Below, piece by piece: positions 27,304-32,000 of a DNA stretch of 32,000 nt (positions within the stretch are counted from its first letter, which is position 1; each line of letters begins with the position of its first letter). A program made the position numbers and the translations under genes. The notes below the pieces were generated by a model. It ran no database searches. It saw only the letters and a list, made by a program, of their open reading frames with translations, and had not been told where the DNA came from. Source of the stretch: Phycisphaera mikurensis NBRC 102666 (GTDB lineage: Bacteria; Planctomycetota; Phycisphaerae; Phycisphaerales; Phycisphaeraceae). The DNA lies in NCBI RefSeq assembly GCF_000284115.1, contig NC_017080.1:2400001-2432000 (forward strand). Reading direction: 5' to 3'.

Positions 27304-28740
27304 TCACCACTGGAAGCCGTCGAGCACCTCCTCCAGCAGATCGCAGACCGCGTGCCCCTGCTCGATGCTCATCCCGCCGGCCGGCAGGAGGAAGCGGACG
27401 CGCGTCACGGCCCGGCCGCAGACGAAGGCGATGAGGCCGGCGTCGAAAAGGGTCTCGCAGAGCTTGCGGGCTGTGGCCATGCTGCCGTCGCCGGGCTGGA
27501 AGGCGAACATGCAGCCGACGCCGTAGGGGCCGGTGACGCGGTCGGGGTGCTTCGCCGCGTACGCCCGCACGCGGCCGCGGACGGCGTCGCCGAGGGCCAG
27601 AACGTGGCCGCGGTCCGCGTCCGTCTCGAAGAGGCCGCCGTTCTCGCAGGCTTCGAGCACGCGAAGGCCGGCCCGGATGCTCGACGTCGCGCCGCTGAAG
27701 GTCTGCGCGATGAGGCCGGGCTTGGGTGCCCACGCGTCGGTGAAGAGCGTGCAGCAGACCTGCGTCGCCTTGCCGACGTTCACGAGGTCGACGTGCTCGT
27801 CCAGGCCGAAGTGCTGGAAGGCAAACGGCCGGCTGGTGCGGCCGAAGGTCTGGATCTCGTCGCAGATGACGGCGACGCCGGCCTCCTTGAGCGGGCCGAC
27901 GAGGGCGGCGAAGAAGTCGCGGCTGCCGGGGTAGAAGCCGCCCTCGCCGATGACCAGCTCCAGCTTCATGCCGGCGTGGTGGCCCGGCCAGCGGGCGAGG
28001 TGCTCTTGCAGTCGCTTCACCGCCCGCTGGGTGCTGCCGGCTTCGTCGGCCGGATCCAGGAAGGGCACGTAGTCGACGTTCATCGCCAGCGGGAGCCCCA
28101 CGCGGTTGCCCGGCTTGTCGCTCATCGCCGAGAGGGCGAGCGTGCGGCCGCAGAAGGTGCCCTCGAAGGCGAGCATGCGATCGGCCGGGTGGCCCTCCAG
28201 CGCCCGCTTCTGGAAGGCCATCTTGAAGCTGTTCTCGTTGGCCATCGCCCCGGAGGTGGTGAGGAAGCAGTGGCTCAGCGAGGAACCGGTCCCGCCGCCG
28301 ACCGGCGGGGCCTGCGCCAGCCGGATGAAGCGGGCCATGCACTCCGCGGCGTCGGCGTTGTGCTGGAAGCCGCCCTGCATCACGGTGTCGCTGAGCGCGG
28401 CGTCGAGGCCGGCGTCGACGAACTCCGGATGCAGGTGGCCGAAGTGGTGCACGCCGATGCCCGAGAGCATGTCCCACTTCACGCTGCCGTCGCCGAGCTC
28501 GACCAGCGGGCCGACGCCGAAGCCCGAGCCGAGGTACGGGTACCAAAGCGGCGCGCCGCGGCTGGCGAAGAAGGAGTCGACGGCCTGCTGGTGGCCCGCG
28601 GCTCGGGCCGGATCGGCCGGGCGCGGCCCGTCCACGGCGGCCTGGTGCTCGCCGACGGCTTCGGCGATCAGACGCCGGGCTTCGGCGAGGCGTGGGTCGG
28701 AAGCGAGCTGTTCGGCGAGCAGAGGCTTGGCTTCGGGCAT
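27304..28740 (-). CDS. Class-III PLP-dependent aminotransferase, lysine 6-transaminase-like
   Basis: 478 aa from ATG at 28740; WDMLSGIGVHHFGHLHPEF, CFLTTSGAMANENSFKMAF, VICDEIQTFGRT, VNVGKATQVCCTLF. Confidence 0.85.
   Translation of the reverse strand: MPEAKPLLAEQLASDPRLAEARRLIAEAVGEHQAAVDGPRPADPARAAGHQQAVDSFFASRGAPLWYPYLGSGFGVGPLVELGDGSVKWDMLSGIGVHHFGHLHPEFVDAGLDAALSDTVMQGGFQHNADAAECMARFIRLAQAPPVGGGTGSSLSHCFLTTSGAMANENSFKMAFQKRALEGHPADRMLAFEGTFCGRTLALSAMSDKPGNRVGLPLAMNVDYVPFLDPADEAGSTQRAVKRLQEHLARWPGHHAGMKLELVIGEGGFYPGSRDFFAALVGPLKEAGVAVICDEIQTFGRTSRPFAFQHFGLDEHVDLVNVGKATQVCCTLFTDAWAPKPGLIAQTFSGATSSIRAGLRVLEACENGGLFETDADRGHVLALGDAVRGRVRAYAAKHPDRVTGPYGVGCMFAFQPGDGSMATARKLCETLFDAGLIAFVCGRAVTRVRFLLPAGGMSIEQGHAVCDLLEEVLDGFQW
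27575..27620. repeat. 46-bp inverted-repeat element copy (degenerate), within aminotransferase gene
   Basis: CCGCGGACG-N28-GGTCCGCGT, same geometry. Confidence 0.5.
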
Positions 28741-28854
28741 GGCGGGAACCTTACGGGCGAGCGGCGGGGCTCCCGGTCCGGCCGCGGGCGCGCACGGGCA
28801 CGCCGCGGACCGGAGCCACGCGCCGCACCGGGTCCTTTCTGTTGAAATGCCCTC

Positions 28855-29241
28855 ATGCTCGATTCCCTGCTCTTCGGCTCTCGCCACGCCCGCACGATCC
28901 GCCCGGTGGCCGACGCGGGTGGACGCGCCGACGCCGCCCGCGCCCGCACCGAGGCGGGGCAGGCCAACCGCGAGGCGGCGGCGAACGACGACCGGCTCGA
29001 CCGGCTCTCGCTGGTGTGCATGGCGATGTGGTCGCTGCTGCAGGAGAAGACCGGCCTCACCGAGGAGGACCTGCTGCAGCGGGTCGAGCTGCTCGACCTG
29101 ATGGACGGCGAGGCCGACGGGAAGGCGACGGTGCGGGTCCGGCCGTGCCCGACGTGCGACCGGCCGCTCGGGCCGCGGCACAAGAAGTGCATCTACTGCG
29201 GGGCGGAGCGGCCCGGCGGCTCCGCCTTCGACAACGTGTGA
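28855..29241 (+). CDS. Small protein with C-terminal zinc ribbon
   Basis: 128 aa; PCPTCDRPLGPRHKKCIYCGAERPGG (two CxxC pairs). Confidence 0.7.
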   Translation: MLDSLLFGSRHARTIRPVADAGGRADAARARTEAGQANREAAANDDRLDRLSLVCMAMWSLLQEKTGLTEEDLLQRVELLDLMDGEADGKATVRVRPCPTCDRPLGPRHKKCIYCGAERPGGSAFDNV

Positions 29242-29383
29242 GCCGCCGCGACCGGCCCGGCGTGCCACCGGACGCGGCCTGGCCCGGCACCACGGACGTT
29301 GTAGACGCCCGATGATTCTCAGGCCGGAGCCGTTGGGGCTTCGTATCGGGGTGGTGTCCCCGGCCTCGGGCGTCGCGGGTGGA

Positions 29384-30016
29384 TCACTTGTACTTGACGC
29401 TGCAGCCGTAGGGCTTGGTCGTCTCGGTCTGGACTTCCTCCCCGGCGAGGATCGCGTCGAGGGCCTCGGCGACGTGGTTGGTGGCGCCCTCGATGTCGTC
29501 GGAGTCGGTGCTGCGCACGCTGTCGATGGCGCCGGCGTAGCGGAGCACGCCCTCGGCGTCGATCACGTACATGTGCGGGGTCGTCTTGGCGCCGTAGGCG
29601 TGGCCGATGTCGCCGGCGGAGTCGTCGAGGATGGCGCGGTCGATGCCCCAGGCCTCGGCGATCGAGGCGTTCTCCTCGACGCTGGTGAAGTGGCTGGAGT
29701 CGATGGCGACCCACTGCACGCCCTTGGCGGCGTAGTCGGCGGCCATCTGCTGCATGACGCCGGGCTCGTAGAACTTCGCCACGAAGGGGCACTGGTCGTT
29801 GAAGAACTCGACGACGGTCACGTCGCCCTTGAAGTCGGCCAGCGACACGGGGTTGCCGTGCTGGTCCATCGCGGTGAAGGCCGGAGCGGGCTGGCCGACC
29901 TCGGCCTTGGCTCCGTGGTGGGCCGCGACCGCGGGCGCGGGCGCGAGCAGGAAGGCGGAGCCGGTGGCGAGGGCGGCGGCGGCGGTGAGGGCGAGGGCGG
30001 GGGAGAGGAGCTTCAT
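29384..30016 (-). CDS. Secreted redoxin / AhpC-TSA-like thioredoxin-fold protein
   Basis: 210 aa; signal peptide, VGQPAPAFTAMDQHGNPVSLADFKG, FFNDQCPFVAKFYEP, TTPHMYVIDAEGVLRYAG, C-terminal YGCSVKYK. Confidence 0.88.
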   Translation of the reverse strand: MKLLSPALALTAAAALATGSAFLLAPAPAVAAHHGAKAEVGQPAPAFTAMDQHGNPVSLADFKGDVTVVEFFNDQCPFVAKFYEPGVMQQMAADYAAKGVQWVAIDSSHFTSVEENASIAEAWGIDRAILDDSAGDIGHAYGAKTTPHMYVIDAEGVLRYAGAIDSVRSTDSDDIEGATNHVAEALDAILAGEEVQTETTKPYGCSVKYK

Positions 30017-30112
30017 GGCGAGACTGCGGGCGGGGAGCGGGGAGCGGGGAGCGGGCCGCGGGGCGGGGCCGGCGGAGGATTCGACGCGACGTGACCGTAG
30101 CGCCGCGCCGCC

Positions 30113-31021
30113 TCAGCGCGGCGGCGAGCGCACGCCGAGGAGCGGCAGGGCGCGACGCTCGCCGTCGAGGGTGTACGCCACGACGCCCGCGGTCCAGGGC
30201 GGGCTCGGGTGCGCCACCCCGGCGTGGCGGGTGCGGGGCGTGACCGCGGCCGTCACCCGGTGACCGCCCTGGCCATCGGGCTCCGCCGCCGGCACGCCCT
30301 CGATCACGCGGAGCGAAGCGTGATCCCCGAGAGGCTCCGCCGACTCCCGCGGGAGCGGGAAGAACCCCACCGCGGTCGCCGCCGCGGGCACGCCCGCGAG
30401 CGGGAAAGCCCACGTGCCGGGTTCCACCTCTTCGGCCTCGACGATCCGGGGCGCGTCGTACGCGGCCCGGAGCGCTTGCTCGGCGGGCGTCGCGGAGCGC
30501 TGCCACGGCTCGCCGATCACCACCTCCACGCCCAACGCCGCCGACCCGGGCACGCAGCGTTGGTCGTCGCAGGCCAGGTAGCGGACCTCCACCTCCGCCG
30601 TCGCCTCGTCGCCGACGGCAAGAGAAGGCGCGATCGGGAACTCGGCGAGCATCACCACCTCGTCCGCGTAGCCGAAGCCGACGACGCCGCCCGACTCGAA
30701 CCGCTCCGGCGGCGGCATCACCGGGTCCCGCGTTGGCGCCTGCCGGCTCCAGGCCGCCGGCAGGTCGACGTCCAGCCGCGTCGGCATCCCGGCCTCGCCG
30801 GGGTTCAGCCAGTAGACGTGCACCCCGTCGGGCAGCGTGAAACGCACCGGCAGCCGGCTCCACCCGCTGCCCGTGCTCAGCGTCACCGGCTCCTCCGCCG
30901 CCGGCGTCACGACGACGCCGAGCGCCCCCGGCTCGCCCGCGCCGACCGGTGCGGCCACCGCGGATCCCGCCCGGAGCACCAAGCCGAACGCGAGGCCGAG
31001 GCCGGGGCCGATGAGCTTCAT
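30113..31021 (-). CDS. DsbD N-terminal (alpha)-domain-like protein, stand-alone
   Basis: 302 aa from ATG at 31021; signal peptide MKLIGPGLGLAFGLVLRAGSAVA; PDGVHVYWLNPGEAGMPTRLDVDLPAAW; VEVRYLACDDQRCVPGSAAL. Confidence 0.8.
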   Translation of the reverse strand: MKLIGPGLGLAFGLVLRAGSAVAAPVGAGEPGALGVVVTPAAEEPVTLSTGSGWSRLPVRFTLPDGVHVYWLNPGEAGMPTRLDVDLPAAWSRQAPTRDPVMPPPERFESGGVVGFGYADEVVMLAEFPIAPSLAVGDEATAEVEVRYLACDDQRCVPGSAALGVEVVIGEPWQRSATPAEQALRAAYDAPRIVEAEEVEPGTWAFPLAGVPAAATAVGFFPLPRESAEPLGDHASLRVIEGVPAAEPDGQGGHRVTAAVTPRTRHAGVAHPSPPWTAGVVAYTLDGERRALPLLGVRSPPR

Positions 31022-31036
31022 GTCCGAGCCTACGAG

Positions 31037-31082
31037 CCGCGGACCGCGGGCGATGTAGCGCCGGAACGCCGACGGTCCGCGG
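31037..31082. repeat. 46-bp inverted-repeat element copy (perfect), dsbD-like/ddl intergenic
   Basis: CCGCGGACCG-N26-CGGTCCGCGG. Confidence 0.92.
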
Positions 31083-31131
31083 ATCCGGCGGGCCCGGCCG
31101 CGGGCCGCGGGCGGCCACGGGCGTGGCGCCG

Positions 31132-32000
31132 TCAGCGGCGGGCGGCCGCGGCCTCCACGAGGCTCCGCACGAGGTCGGGCATCGCAAGGCCGGCTTCGGC
31201 GGCGGCCTTGGGCAGCAGCGAGTGCTCGGTGAAGCCGGGCATGGTGTTGATCTCCAGCACCCAAGGCACGCCGGCGGCGTCGAGCATCACGTCGACGCGG
31301 GCGAGGTCGCGAACGCCCAGCGCGACGCACCCCGCCTCGGCCGCTTCGCGCACGGCGGCGGCGACCGCCTCCGGCTCCTCCAGGTCGAAGGCGTAGGCGG
31401 TGTCGTCGCGGTCGTACTTGGCGGCGTAGTCGTAGTGGCCGGTCGCCGGGCGGATCCAGATCGTCGGGAGCGTCCGGCCGAGCAGCCAGCCGACGGTGAG
31501 CTCCTTGCCGGCGACGAAGCGCTCGCAGAGCAGCCGGGGGTTGCCCCGCTTCAGCCGGGCGTGCGCAGCGCGGAGCTGCTCGGCCGTCGTGCAGATCGCC
31601 AGGTCGATGCTCGAGCCGTCGGCCTCGGGCTTGAGCACGGCGGGCGGCGACAGGGTCGGCTCGGCTCCGCCGAGCAGCAGCTCGTGGGGCGGCGTGGGCA
31701 CGCCGGCGCGGACCAGCCGCTCCTTGGTCGCGGCTTTGTGCATGCACCGCTCCGCGGCGACGCGGTCGCAGCCGACGAAGACGGCGCCCCGGCTCTCGAG
31801 CAGCCGCTGCGCCCCGCCCCCCTCGCCCCAGGGCCCGTGCAGGATGGGGAGCACGACGCCGCCGGGGTGGGCGGCGAGGAATCCGTCGAGACCGGCGGTG
31901 TCGTCGGGGCCGAGGTCGCAGGTGGTGACGCCGAAGCCCGCGGCCTGGGCCGCCTCCGCGACGACCGCACCGGAGCGGAGCGACACCTCCCGCTCGCGGT
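31132..32000 (-). CDS. ddl: D-alanine--D-alanine ligase, truncated at window edge
   Basis: Reading frame continues past 31986 as ...REREVSLRSGAVV (classic Ddl N-terminal motif). Also LHGPWGEGG, AVLKPEADGSSIDL, ARVDVMLDAAGVPWVLEINTMPGFTEHSLLPKAAAEAG. Confidence 0.93.
   Translation of the reverse strand, partial: REREVSLRSGAVVAEAAQAAGFGVTTCDLGPDDTAGLDGFLAAHPGGVVLPILHGPWGEGGGAQRLLESRGAVFVGCDRVAAERCMHKAATKERLVRAGVPTPPHELLLGGAEPTLSPPAVLKPEADGSSIDLAICTTAEQLRAAHARLKRGNPRLLCERFVAGKELTVGWLLGRTLPTIWIRPATGHYDYAAKYDRDDTAYAFDLEEPEAVAAAVREAAEAGCVALGVRDLARVDVMLDAAGVPWVLEINTMPGFTEHSLLPKAAAEAGLAMPDLVRSLVEAAAARR

Overview
High-GC bacterial chromosome window (the overall look suggests Planctomycetes/Phycisphaerae; this is an inference). 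Positions 317-16955 form a nitrate-assimilation island. On the minus strand it holds nrtA-nrtB-two NrtC/D-type ATPases, a double-GAF protein, nasA, nasT (ANTAR) and nasS. Divergent on the plus strand are nirA, a diflavin (CysJ-like) reductase and a GltD-like protein. Then come: a Gfo/Idh/MocA + aldo-keto reductase fusion, transaldolase, MoxR AAA ATPase, mutL, an SGNH hydrolase, rsmA/ksgA, a GT2 glycosyltransferase, a 439-aa protein with a faint BshC-like N-terminus, a class-III (lysine-6-type) aminotransferase, a small zinc-ribbon protein, a redoxin, a stand-alone DsbD-alpha-like protein, and ddl running off the right edge. Main unexplained signals: (1) a dispersed 46-bp inverted-repeat element, CCGCGGACCG-N26-CGGTCCGCGG. 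It has six perfect copies and three degenerate ones, all with identical half-site spacing, located both inside genes and between them. (2) A second family of about 100-150 bp imperfect palindromes built from an 8-bp CGCTTCTT / AAGAAGCG unit, placed next to stop codons. (3) Candidate NasT (ANTAR)-type hexaloop hairpins in the nrtA leader. (4) A 3x68-bp tandem repeat with a perfect 28-bp inverted repeat. (5) An NrtB permease carrying a long coiled-coil insertion. Many long ORFs in the supplied track are antisense or overlap artefacts of high GC.
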